Part shown: positions 41,013 through 50,231 of the stretch, one piece after another | Position numbering within the stretch: the stretch's first letter is position 1 | How the letters are laid out: each line of letters begins with the position of its first letter | The notes under the pieces: generated by a model | Seen by the model: the letters and a program-made list of their open reading frames with translations, nothing else | The model's database searches: none | Told to the model about the DNA's origin: nothing | Assembly: GCA_963728565.1 (NCBI GenBank) | Contig: CAVSLC010000010.1 | Span: 128,001-192,000, forward strand | Reading direction: 5' to 3' | Length of the DNA stretch: 64,000 nucleotides | From: an uncultured delta proteobacterium | Lineage (GTDB): Bacteria > Desulfobacterota > Binatia > UBA9968 | Translations under genes and position numbers: made by a program

Positions 41013-41130
41013 TCTCGCTATTGGGACACGAAGTCGATCCAGCTATGGGTAACCGGCTGTCAATGATGCCGCGCGCATCATCCAACCATCAACTCTCGGG
41101 TGCAGCGAAATCTGCTGGCGCAGGCTTTGC
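41013..41130 (+). promoter_or_regulatory. sigma54 promoter TGGCGCAGGCTTTGC (41116-41130) with enhancer-like site (41013-41028)
   Basis: GG-N10-GC with TTGC; the minus-strand site TGTCCCAATAGCGAGA lies about 88 bp upstream. Confidence 0.55.
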
Positions 41131-41145
41131 TTTTTGACTACGTTG

Positions 41146-42174
41146 ATGCCGCAAAAACCAACTTCCGAAACGGCAACGAGAGATCGTCGTCGGCCAACGC
41201 ATCGTGCAAAATCGCGGACGGCGGGCGCGCCTGACTCCAGCCCGTTGCGCATTCCCAAAGACCGGGACAGCGTCGCAATCGATTGGGAAGGCAAAAATGT
41301 TACGCTAACCAATTTGCGTAAAGTATTTTGGCCTGATCTGGGGATAACCAAAGGCGATCTGCTTCAGTTCTATGCCGATGTCGCGCCGGTATTGTTGCCC
41401 CACCTGGTAAATCGCGCAATGGTTATGAAGCGCTATCCTCATGGCATCGCCGGTGAATTCTTTTTCATGAAACGCGCGCCGTCGCCGCGGCCAGAGTGGA
41501 TCGAGACCTGCGCGATTGAGCACTCGTCCGGGAACGTTATCGATTTTCCGGTGATTCGGGATCTCGCCTCGCTCCTATGGGTTATCAATCTTGGATGCAT
41601 CGATTTAAATCCTTGGTATGCTCGCTGCGATGATGTCGATCGGCCGGATTATTTACATTTCGACCTTGATCCGGTGAAAGGTGCAACCTGGGAGCAGATG
41701 TTGGAGACCGCCTCGGTAGTGCATGACGCCTTGGAGAGTCTTAAGTTACCCTCCCTGATCAAAACTACCGGCTCGAAGGGCTTTCATATCTACGTGCCGA
41801 TCATGCGCGGGCCAACCCAGAAGCAGGTCTGGGCGGTCGCTAAAAAGTTTGCCCTCACCTTGGCAGCTCTGCGTCCAGATTTAATGACCGCCGAATACCG
41901 AATCGCCAAGAGGCCGAACAAGCGAGTTCTGGTTGATTACAATCAAAACGCCTGGGGCCAAACCTTATCCTCGATTTACTCGGTAAGACCGCAGCCTAAA
42001 GCAACCGTTTCGACTCCGATTACCTGGAAGGAGCTGAAGAAGGGACCGGGTATCGAAGACTTCCACATCGGCAATGTTCGCGAGCGGATTCACAAGCTAG
42101 GTGATTTGTGGGCGCCTTTGCTGGCGCAAACCGGACGCGCCAGATTGGAAACCCTGTATGACGCTATCGATTAG
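41146..42174 (+). CDS. ligD: LigD polymerase (primase-polymerase) domain, stand-alone
   Basis: Motifs LTNLRKVFWP, KRYPHG, FFMKRAP, FDLDP, KTTGSKGFHIYVP, VDYNQNAWG.T, YSVR, VSTP. Confidence 0.9.
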   Translation: MPQKPTSETATRDRRRPTHRAKSRTAGAPDSSPLRIPKDRDSVAIDWEGKNVTLTNLRKVFWPDLGITKGDLLQFYADVAPVLLPHLVNRAMVMKRYPHGIAGEFFFMKRAPSPRPEWIETCAIEHSSGNVIDFPVIRDLASLLWVINLGCIDLNPWYARCDDVDRPDYLHFDLDPVKGATWEQMLETASVVHDALESLKLPSLIKTTGSKGFHIYVPIMRGPTQKQVWAVAKKFALTLAALRPDLMTAEYRIAKRPNKRVLVDYNQNAWGQTLSSIYSVRPQPKATVSTPITWKELKKGPGIEDFHIGNVRERIHKLGDLWAPLLAQTGRARLETLYDAID

Positions 42175-42225
42175 CCCGTCGTTTCCGCCCATGGAAGCCT
42201 CGTGCCTGCCCAAGATCCCTCGGCC
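42158..42225 (+). pseudogene. 5' remnant of a LigC-type ATP-dependent DNA ligase
   Basis: The ATG overlaps the ligD end and gives MTLSISPSFPPMEASCLPKIP, resembling LigC N-termini (P.PPM.A....IP). No EPKWDG motif follows. Confidence 0.5.
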
Positions 42226-42299
42226 GCATGTAAAAACGCTGCGCCGTGTCTTGATGAGCGCGCTTCAGCGACGCAGTATGAATTCAGGAGGTTAAAAGC

Positions 42300-42491
42300 A
42301 TGAAATACGAAGTCAAAGAATCAAAGGAGCGATCCGGGGAATTCCTTGCGATTGCGGTCAATGAAGCCAGTCACAACGAAATATTTTCCGCGCTTTTCTG
42401 CGGCCCGGACGCAAAGCAACGAGCCGAGGAGTATGCCGCCTGGAAAAATAGCCAGCTGGAAGTGACCGGCGAACAGCTGTTGCAGCGATAA
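42300..42491 (+). CDS. Small hypothetical protein (63 aa)
   Basis: AGGAGG RBS; motif F.GPDA..RAEEYAAWKN. Confidence 0.65.
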   Translation: MKYEVKESKERSGEFLAIAVNEASHNEIFSALFCGPDAKQRAEEYAAWKNSQLEVTGEQLLQR

Positions 42492-42493
42492 TT

Positions 42494-42988
42494 GTGCGAG
42501 GTCCGTCAAAAGCAAAACAGCCGGCGCCGTCTTCGGATGCGGCGCCGCGCCTTTTTGCCCGCTTTCTCGCTGAGCTTCTCGATCAGCGTTTCACGATTCC
42601 CGGGACCTCGATCCGGATTGGGCTCGATCCGCTTATCGGGCTAATACCCGGCATCGGCGACACCCTCGCCAATCTCGCCGGGTCAGCGATTCTTTTCATC
42701 GGCGCGAAGTTCAATCTGCCGAAAGTAGTCTTATTACGTATGGCTTTGAATATAGCATTGAATACGCTGATCGGCGCTATTCCGTTCGTTGGAGATCTCT
42801 TTTCGATTTGGTTCCGCAGCAACGTCAGAAATGTTCAATTGTTGGAGCGCTACGCAAGCCAGCACCGTCAAAGAGCGGCGGCCGCGGATTGGCTTTTCGT
42901 TGTGGCGGTCATAGGCGGGCTGGTGTTGTTGTTGATCGCTGTGCTTGTCGGACTGGGTTGGTTATTGCAGCAGCTGGTGCGCACTTAG
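42494..42988 (+). CDS. DUF4112-type membrane protein
   Basis: Motifs LLD..FTIPGT..RIGLDPLIGLIPGIGD and GAIPFVGDLF...RSNVRN. Confidence 0.85.
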   Translation: MRGPSKAKQPAPSSDAAPRLFARFLAELLDQRFTIPGTSIRIGLDPLIGLIPGIGDTLANLAGSAILFIGAKFNLPKVVLLRMALNIALNTLIGAIPFVGDLFSIWFRSNVRNVQLLERYASQHRQRAAAADWLFVVAVIGGLVLLLIAVLVGLGWLLQQLVRT

Positions 42989-43034
42989 CTGCGGTGATGA
43001 CGATCTTCTCCTTGCGACCAGGGCACACAACGTA

Positions 43035-43137
43035 TGTCTCGGTTTTGAGAAAGAGTCCCACAGCTGAAACAGCGAAACTCTACGCAGGCTTTGAAGAGCT
43101 TGGTAGCCTCTCGGTTTTCGCGTGGCACACCAGTTGC
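43035..43137 (+). promoter_or_regulatory. sigma54 promoter TGGCACACCAGTTGC (43123-43137) with two enhancer-like sites
   Basis: Near-consensus -24/-12; TGTCTCGGTTTTGAGA (43035) and AGTCCCACAGCTGAAA (43054). Confidence 0.75.
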
Positions 43138-43174
43138 GCAGAGTAGCTGTTGAACGAACTTTACTGGAGGCGCC

Positions 43175-43576
43175 ATGAAATTATTGCTGATTGTTTTCTT
43201 TTCAGGTTTTGTAATGCTCGGATGTTCTAAAGAGCAAGATCGGGCTGATCAAACCGGATCAAAATCTTCGTCATCCGTTGCGGCTGATAATACCGCTAAG
43301 AACGAGCGGGATCGCAACGATGCAACGAAAACCGCGGGAGATCAATCGGAGAATGAAGCCGACCGAAAGATCACGCAGGAAGTACGGAAATCCATTGTCG
43401 ATGACGACAAGCTTTCCACCAACGCCCAGAACGTGAAGATCATCACCAACGACGGCCAGGTCACCTTGCGTGGTCCGGTGAAGACCGCAGAGGAGAAAAA
43501 AGCGATCGAGAGCAAGGCGAAACAAGTAGCCGGGGTGAAGAACGTCGATAATCAGCTTGAGATTGCCAGCAACTAA
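43175..43576 (+). CDS. BON-domain lipoprotein (OsmY-like)
   Basis: Lipobox MLGC; DRKITQEVRK...NVKIIT.DGQVTLRGPV...GVKNVDNQL. Confidence 0.9.
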   Translation: MKLLLIVFFSGFVMLGCSKEQDRADQTGSKSSSSVAADNTAKNERDRNDATKTAGDQSENEADRKITQEVRKSIVDDDKLSTNAQNVKIITNDGQVTLRGPVKTAEEKKAIESKAKQVAGVKNVDNQLEIASN

Positions 43577-43605
43577 TTCTAGTAAGATTTATCTTCAAAG
43601 AACGG

Positions 43606-43638
43606 AGAGGGGCGATGGCACTATCGCCCCTCTTGCGT
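43606..43638 (+). terminator. Probable terminator after the BON gene
   Basis: 11-bp stem AGAGGGGCGAT-GGCACT-ATCGCCCCTCT with a weak T tail. Confidence 0.55.
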
Positions 43639-43847
43639 TGACGGTCAGTTAACCTTCAGTAGGGCCGCCTCTTCTCCGTATCAAGATTCTCTCCATTGAA
43701 GCCCGGCCACCCGCGAAGCGGGTATCGAATCAAGGTGTTCTGGCTTGAAGCCGCCGGATTCAACGTCCTTCCAGCTGACTTGAAACGTTGTCTTGCTAAT
43801 TCGGGTCCTCGCCTCGGTGCCGTGTCGCATGCATTGACTCCCTGCCA

Positions 43848-44426
43848 ATGACGGGTAAAAAGGGATGTGGCGCGGAGAAGTGCGCTATCAATCTTACAAG
43901 TCGAATAGAAACCATCCGACAGCATCCGTTCCTGCTCGGGTTATTTTTCGCTCTCGGAGTGCTCGTCGGCGCGGGTCTTATGAGCTGGCGCCCCACCGCT
44001 CCGGCAGGGCCCATGGGCTATCGTGATCTATCCAATGATGATCTGTCTGAAAAAGGAGTAACGATGGCGCGCGCCTTACGCGCTCTCGCCAGAGAAATGA
44101 TGGCTACGGATGAAAAGCTTCGAAGACGCTGCGATGGAGAAAACGAGTTGGCTAAAACTGAACAGGCCAAAAACCAACTCCGGCAATCGTGCAATGATGA
44201 ATCGCTCAAAGCCACGCAAAATTTTCTTGGCCAATACGAGGACAGATATAAAGCCGAGGTGCTGATACTGCGCGAAGAGATGCTGCGCAGACTACCGGAG
44301 CTCAGACAAAAAGCCGCGCCACCCGTTCTAGCGAGTCACCCTACCAATGCTTTAGGCTTAGGCGAAGTCGCCTCCACGCTGGAGGTGCTCGCTAAGCTGC
44401 TACCCAAAATGCCGTCTAAAGCTTAA
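43848..44426 (+). CDS. Hypothetical membrane-anchored helical protein
   Basis: One TM segment (FLLGLFFALGVLVGAGLMSW), then coiled-coil-like sequence. The start is uncertain. Confidence 0.55.
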   Translation: MTGKKGCGAEKCAINLTSRIETIRQHPFLLGLFFALGVLVGAGLMSWRPTAPAGPMGYRDLSNDDLSEKGVTMARALRALAREMMATDEKLRRRCDGENELAKTEQAKNQLRQSCNDESLKATQNFLGQYEDRYKAEVLILREEMLRRLPELRQKAAPPVLASHPTNALGLGEVASTLEVLAKLLPKMPSKA

Positions 44427-44498
44427 TCCTAGTCGAACCCTATTGCCCCGTCAGAGCGCGGCGGTTACTCTGTATGGAAATCTGGAGCAGTCCTTCCA

Positions 44499-46211
44499 AT
44501 GCAGGATAGGTTTTATATAGCCGGACAATTGAGGCAGATCGGTCGGTTTCTCAGCGTCATGGGCGAGAACCCATTCAAAATAAGAGCCTATGAACGGGCG
44601 GCGCGGGCGTTGGAAAACGCTGCCGGCGACTTCGATGCGCGCGTCAAAGAGGGACGTTTAACCGAGATCGATGGGATCGGCAAGGCTTTGGCAGCCGTCA
44701 TCGAAGAAATCTACCACACCGGTGAGAGCGCTCTGTTGCAGCAGCTAAGCGAGCAGCTGCCTACCGGCGCCGTCGACCTCAACCAAGTTCCCGGGCTAAC
44801 TCTCAAGAAGATCGTCGCGCTTCACGAAAGTTTGGGTATCAAGAGCGTTGATGATCTGAAATCCGCTTGCCAGAAGGGGCTGGTGCGGGCTGTCAAAGGC
44901 TTTGGCCAAAAAGCTGAAGCAAACATTCTCGCGGGCATCGAGAAGTTGCAGCATCGGGAGGACCGCACTCTAATTTCGCAGGCGCTGGCAGATGCCGAGC
45001 CGCTGCTTCAATATTTACGAGCCTGTTCGGAAATTCATCATTGTGAGATTGCCGGCTCGCTGCGACGCCGCAAAGAAACAGTGCGGCGGATCTGTATAGT
45101 TGCCGCGAGCGCAGATCCGAAGACCGTGATCGAACGTTTCCTGCGCTACCCGTTATTCGCCCAATCCGATGAAGCCGGAACGAATCGTTGTGTCGGGCGT
45201 CTCGCCAGAGGTCTGGAGGTCGAGCTCGACATCGCGGCGCCGGCGCAGTACGCCGCGGCTCTGCATTACTCGACCGGCTCAAAGGATCACTATGCAGCTC
45301 TGGTAGATCGCGCGCGATCGCAAGGTCTTATGATGAGCGCGGAAGGTTTGCGCGGGCCCAAGGGTAAAGCGTTGAAGGTTGAAACCGAAGGCGATATTTA
45401 CCGGCGACTGGGACTCGAATACATAGCGCCGGAGCTGCGCGAGAATCAAGGCGAGATCGAGGCTGCTGCCAGCGGCCGCTTGCCGGAGGCCGTCGTCGCC
45501 GAGGACATTCAAGGCATGGTTCACTGCCATACGACCTATTCCGATGGGCAAAACACGGTTGAAGAAATGGCCCGAGCCGCCGAAGCCTTGGGCATGCGGT
45601 ACATTACTTTCACCGATCATTCGCCAACCGCGTCCTACGCGGGCGGAGTCAAGATCGATCGCTTGCGGGCGCAGTGGGAAGAAATCGATCGAGTTCAAGA
45701 GCGGGTGCGGATCAAGTTGTTAAAAGGAACCGAATCGGACATTCTCGAAGATGGCTTGCTCGATTATCCGGACTACATTCTGGAAAAGTTCGATGTCATC
45801 ATCGCCAGCATCCACACACGGCATAAAATGAACGCCGATCAGATGACCGCTCGTTTGTTGCGCGCGCTGAAACTGCCGCTATTTAAGATTTGGGGACATC
45901 CACTCGGCCGCTTGATTGAGTCGCGCCCGCCGTTTGAATGTCATATGGATGAAGTGCTGGATGCGGTTGCCGCTTCCCGCGCGGCGATAGAAGTTAACGG
46001 CGACCCGCGCCGACTGGATCTCGAGCCGCGCTGGATTCGAGCTGCGCGGCAGCGTGGAATCAGATTCGTCGTATCCACAGATGCGCATTCGCTCAAAAAT
46101 CTAGAGAACCTACCATACGGCGTGGCGATGGCGCGCCGGGGCTGGTTGGCGCGCGGTGATATCTTGAATACCTTGCCGGTTGACGAGTTTATGGATGCGG
46201 TCCGGCCGTGA
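44499..46211 (+). CDS. polX: PolX family DNA polymerase/PHP exonuclease, non-canonical polymerase site
   Basis: ENPFKIRAYERAA, HhH GIGK, GSLRRRKETV, STGSKDH, PELRE; PHP motifs HCHTTYSDG, TDHS, GHP, DAHS. The DxD motif is replaced by RIC. Confidence 0.92.
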   Translation: MQDRFYIAGQLRQIGRFLSVMGENPFKIRAYERAARALENAAGDFDARVKEGRLTEIDGIGKALAAVIEEIYHTGESALLQQLSEQLPTGAVDLNQVPGLTLKKIVALHESLGIKSVDDLKSACQKGLVRAVKGFGQKAEANILAGIEKLQHREDRTLISQALADAEPLLQYLRACSEIHHCEIAGSLRRRKETVRRICIVAASADPKTVIERFLRYPLFAQSDEAGTNRCVGRLARGLEVELDIAAPAQYAAALHYSTGSKDHYAALVDRARSQGLMMSAEGLRGPKGKALKVETEGDIYRRLGLEYIAPELRENQGEIEAAASGRLPEAVVAEDIQGMVHCHTTYSDGQNTVEEMARAAEALGMRYITFTDHSPTASYAGGVKIDRLRAQWEEIDRVQERVRIKLLKGTESDILEDGLLDYPDYILEKFDVIIASIHTRHKMNADQMTARLLRALKLPLFKIWGHPLGRLIESRPPFECHMDEVLDAVAASRAAIEVNGDPRRLDLEPRWIRAARQRGIRFVVSTDAHSLKNLENLPYGVAMARRGWLARGDILNTLPVDEFMDAVRP

Positions 46212-46843
46212 ATCGGATTTTTCTGCTTTCGCCTGCCAATTGTAATGGGGTGCGGGCCGGCTGGATTCTCCGTCCTCAGGCTCGTTCCGAGCTCGCCCGG
46301 CGCTTGCGCAGTCCCGAAGGAGCGTCTCTCGCCGAAGTCTTCAGTTTTCTTAGCGCCCTTTATTTTCGCGGCAAGCTTGCCTATGCGCGGGCCTTTGCTC
46401 ACCCGCCGGTCCCATCTTCGGGAGTCCTATTGATTACTCCGACTGCGGGTTTGATGCCCGACGGCGCGTTGGTGCGGATGTCGACATTGCGTGGTTTTAG
46501 CCGCGTTCCGATTAGTGTAAAGAGTCGTCGCTACCGAAGCGCTCTCCTGCGAGACGTCAAGCAACTGGCCCGCGAGATCGGCCGCGATTGTGAAGTGGTT
46601 TTGTTGGGCAGCATCGCCACCGGAAAGTACCTGGATATCCTCAATCAAGCGCTTGGCGACCAACTGAGGGTTCCGGCCGAGTTTGTTGGTCTAGGTGATA
46701 TGAGCCGCGGCGCGCTATTGCTTCGGTGCGTGAAAGAACGGCGGGAGTTAAACTATATCACGGTTGCGGCTGCTTCCGAGCGCTGCTGGCGTGCCATCGC
46801 GCCGGAAGCAGTGCAACCGTCCGTTGAAACAACTGTATGCTAA
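46208..46843 (+). CDS. Conserved hypothetical protein coupled to polX (possible YaaA/DUF6884-like fold)
   Basis: GTGA overlap with the polX stop; motifs LYFRGKLAYA, ITPTAGL, VVLLGSIATGKY, GDMSRGALLL. Confidence 0.75.
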   Translation: MNRIFLLSPANCNGVRAGWILRPQARSELARRLRSPEGASLAEVFSFLSALYFRGKLAYARAFAHPPVPSSGVLLITPTAGLMPDGALVRMSTLRGFSRVPISVKSRRYRSALLRDVKQLAREIGRDCEVVLLGSIATGKYLDILNQALGDQLRVPAEFVGLGDMSRGALLLRCVKERRELNYITVAAASERCWRAIAPEAVQPSVETTVC

Positions 46844-46877
46844 GCGCGTGTGTGACTGAGCGCGCTCTGAACTAGAG

Positions 46878-47778
46878 CTATCTTTTTTTCTTCTTCTTGC
46901 TTTTACTTTTAGATGAACTCGAGCTCTTGCTCTTGCGCGACCTTGTCGATGCTTTGGCTGATCGCTTCGGCTGGATATCTTCTTCCTCTTCTGAAGCGTC
47001 AATTTCTGAAACATCGAGCTCTTCCGTCGACCCTGAAGCTTCGTCCATGGTCATGCTTGTCAGCCAATCGCGAACTTTCTCCAGGTGCTCTTGTTCCTCT
47101 TCGTACGCTTTGCGGCACTGTTCTTCGAGATCGTCTTGACCCAGCTCCGCGGCGATGTCTTGGAGCATCTGCCAGCCATCGTTATCGACGAGCTCTGCCG
47201 TGAGCATCGCCTGCAGCGTTTGCGGAATGGTGGTCCGAGGATCACTGACCACCTGCATGACACCATGACTCAATACCCCGGCGACATCCGCCGAAGGCGT
47301 CTGCACGGTGGCATCCCCGCCCAAAGCGGTGATGGCATTTTGCAGCAGGTGAAAATGCTCCAGTTCTTCGTCGCAGATGTGGCGCAGTTCTTCGGCAGAA
47401 GGCCCCGAGGCGTTTTCCAGATTAAGCGACTCGCATTTCTGTAGGAACGCCTCGTAAAGCCGAGTGCCTTGCCTTTCAAAGGCCAGCCGCTCGCCTAACT
47501 TGTCGAGCAAAACCGGCTAATCCATCGAATTGTCCGACACTCTCACCGTCTTCAGAAACTTCCACCATAACCGGTGATGAGCCGATCGGCACGGCCTCCT
47601 CTATATACTCGGCCTTAACCGCTGCCATCTCCGTGGCACCGCCTTGTGAGCTTGGCACGGTTTGTTTGGCTCCCTCGATCATTTCGATACTGAGTTCTGG
47701 ATTGGTCATGATTCCCGTGCGATTACCGGGAATTTCCTGTTTCGAATCTGACAGAACGTCCATTTCATGCGTTTCCAT
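46878..47778 (-). CDS. Ferritin-like domain protein with acidic then Ser/Lys-rich C-terminal tail; probable frameshift at about 47515
   Basis: AGGAG RBS; ORF 47476-47778 joins ORF 46878-47510 at LA-VLLDKLGERLAFER. Motifs DEELEH, AELVDNDGW, EEQEH. Confidence 0.8.
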
Positions 47779-47798
47779 ACGATGGTCTCCTGGTTTAT

Positions 47799-48998
47799 TT
47801 ACGCAACTTTAGTTTGCAGCTTCTTGATATCGGGAGTTTCTTCCGCCAACTCGGTGCCGGGCTTCCACTGGTAGCCGGCGGCGACGGTTTCGGACGGCGA
47901 GCCTTTTGAATTCATCTGCTCGCGGTAAACCACCGACGGCGAATCGGCTCCTTCATCATCTTTGTCGATGAACTGGGTCTTGCGCGCGCGTAAATCGACT
48001 TCCTCGCTCAATGTCTTGCGCACGAATTCGCGATGGCTTCGGTATTCGATGGGCTCCGGCAGCGATTCCGGGATAATCTCGGCTGGGTCACGCTTTTCGA
48101 ATTTCTTGAACAAGTCGAGAACATAATGGAAGTGCCCTAGCTCGTAGTCGAGGAAGCGTTGCCAGATTGCCTTCACTTTCGGATGGCTCTCGTACTGCAG
48201 GCAGCTGTAGTAATTATAAATTTCGCCGGCTTCGTGCATCAACCATTTCTCCAGCCAGGTCTCCTCCGGGTCGATGATCGATTCGTATTGGGTGACATGT
48301 TGTTCTTCGATAGAAGCGATTTCGGCATAGAGCTGCCGGGCTATGGGGTCGGCGAACATAGGTCCGATGGTCATGTAATAGTCATGCGTTTGATGTTCGC
48401 CGGCCATAATCGTTACCGCGTTGAGCTTGCTGATCGGCGCCGCCTTCTTGCGGTCGTAAGCTTCGCGTAGATCGTCTTCCGGCGCGCGGTGTTCCACGGC
48501 AGTGGGGCGTCCCGGCAGGATGTCGGTATAACTCTGAAGAATATTATTGGCGTCACAACCGATAACTCGATCCATCAAGGCGGAGAAGCGATACATATGA
48601 TCGAAATCTTCGAGCAGCCCGAAGCGGTAAACCTGGGCCAGGTAGGGGTCTGGTTCGTGTTCCGCTACGCTCGCGGTCACTTCAATAGCGACCTGCTCAA
48701 AGCCGATGGTTGTTTCGAGCGGCGAAAGATCGGCGGGTAACAGCCAGTTGACCATGGTTTGTTGATGTTGTTCGATGCGCCGCACCCGCGCCAAGGCAAG
48801 CTGCAATTCTTTATTCATGCGCGCGCAGGCGTGTTGGAACCGCAGCGCCTCGGACTCGATGCCGTTCATCAGGATAATCCGCACCCGAGTAAAAGCGTCG
48901 CTGTCTAGCTTGCTCGTCGGCACCCCCGCGATATCGCGCCAATTAAATTTTTGTTCATCCAAGCCAACTCCTTTTTCCTTCATCAAGTCTAAACTCAT
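47799..48998 (-). CDS. Tandem ferritin-like (di-metal carboxylate) protein
   Basis: AAGGAG RBS; repeated E...ExxH ligand sets (NGIE, LLEDFDH, AGEHQ, IEEQH, HEAGE, YELGH). Confidence 0.8.
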   Translation of the reverse strand: MSLDLMKEKGVGLDEQKFNWRDIAGVPTSKLDSDAFTRVRIILMNGIESEALRFQHACARMNKELQLALARVRRIEQHQQTMVNWLLPADLSPLETTIGFEQVAIEVTASVAEHEPDPYLAQVYRFGLLEDFDHMYRFSALMDRVIGCDANNILQSYTDILPGRPTAVEHRAPEDDLREAYDRKKAAPISKLNAVTIMAGEHQTHDYYMTIGPMFADPIARQLYAEIASIEEQHVTQYESIIDPEETWLEKWLMHEAGEIYNYYSCLQYESHPKVKAIWQRFLDYELGHFHYVLDLFKKFEKRDPAEIIPESLPEPIEYRSHREFVRKTLSEEVDLRARKTQFIDKDDEGADSPSVVYREQMNSKGSPSETVAAGYQWKPGTELAEETPDIKKLQTKVA

Positions 48999-49114
48999 AA
49001 GGTCTCCTTTCGTCTGGAACAGTTGCAGTGATTGGTCAGCCGCTCTAACGCGCTGTAACAGAACTTCAAGTTGTGCAGAAATTTCGAAGCAGAAGGTGTC
49101 GCGCAGCAATTAGT

Positions 49115-49174
49115 GCAAGTGAGGTGCCAGTAAAAAACGTCTTGCTTCGATACCTGAGTCTCCGGCTTGCGACA
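49115..49174 (-). promoter_or_regulatory. sigma54 promoter TGGCACCTCACTTGC (49115-49129) with enhancer-like TGTCGCAAGCCGGAGA (49159-49174)
   Basis: Near-consensus -24/-12 upstream of the ferritin-like pair. Confidence 0.75.
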
Positions 49175-49292
49175 TTTCTCTCAGAACTGTTCCGTAGTTG
49201 ATTGATATTCTGCGCCGTTTCCGCGTAGCACCTTGTGGTTCGAGCGAAGATAGGTCAGATTTTAAGAGATATTCTCAAAGCAATGGTTTTGC

Positions 49293-50231
49293 ATGATCCC
49301 ATCAAACGCGCCGGTTATAGAGATTCACTCCGTTTCCAAACAGTTCGGCGATCGTATGGCGGTCGACAATCTCGACCTGGAAGTACCGGCTCGGACTTGT
49401 TTCGGTTTGCTCGGGCCCAATGGCGCCGGGAAAACCACCACATTGCGGATGATCTACGGCGTCACCCAGCCTTCCAGCGGTACTATCCTGGTTTTCGGCA
49501 TGGATATCGGCCCGAATTCCCGAGCTGTGCGCGCCCGCCTTGGGGTTACATTGCAGCAAAACGTCTTGATCGAGGCGCTGTCGCCCAAAGAGAACCTTCG
49601 GGTATTCGGCCGCTATCATTTGTTACATGAGCCGGAGCTGTCGCGCCGGGCCGAGGAATTGATCGACTTTCTCGAGCTGCGTTCCCACGCCGACGTCCCG
49701 GTGAAACGTCTGTCCGGCGGTTTTCAGCGCCGCCTGGCGATCGCTTTGTCTCTGATCAACGGCCCGGAACTGCTGATTCTCGATGAACCGACGACCGGCC
49801 TCGATCCGGCAGTTCGCCTCGCTTTATGGTCACGTATCCGTGAGTTGCGCGCATCCGGAACCACGGTGCTGGTCACGACTCATTATATGGACGAGGCGCA
49901 GCGTTTATGTGACCGGGTGGCCATCGTTTCTGCCGGAAAAGTCATTCGTTCCGGCGCGCCGGCAGAGCTCATCGTGGGACTGGCAGCGGAAACGATCGAG
50001 CTGGATTGTTCGATTGAAGAAGAAGCGGCGCTGTTAAATGGCTTTGCCGCCGACGCGCAGTGCCTGCGAATTGGCCAGCGGCTGATGATTTACCTGGAAA
50101 ACACCACCGGCCTGATTGACCACATACGTCGTAGCGATCACGGTGATCGCCGGCCGATCATCGTTCGACCGACAAATTTGGAAGACGTTTATTTGTCACT
50201 CACCGGTACTCGGCTCGAGGGCGGCTCATGA
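49293..50231 (+). CDS. ABC-2 exporter ATP-binding subunit (NodI-like)
   Basis: Motifs GPNGAGKTT, LSGG, ILDEPTTGLDP, TTHYMDEA. Confidence 0.92.
   Translation: MIPSNAPVIEIHSVSKQFGDRMAVDNLDLEVPARTCFGLLGPNGAGKTTTLRMIYGVTQPSSGTILVFGMDIGPNSRAVRARLGVTLQQNVLIEALSPKENLRVFGRYHLLHEPELSRRAEELIDFLELRSHADVPVKRLSGGFQRRLAIALSLINGPELLILDEPTTGLDPAVRLALWSRIRELRASGTTVLVTTHYMDEAQRLCDRVAIVSAGKVIRSGAPAELIVGLAAETIELDCSIEEEAALLNGFAADAQCLRIGQRLMIYLENTTGLIDHIRRSDHGDRRPIIVRPTNLEDVYLSLTGTRLEGGS

Noticed and set aside
43681-43830. 49-aa minus-strand ORF with a GGGAG RBS
   Set aside because: No recognisable motif, and only 17 bp from the divergent 43848 ORF.
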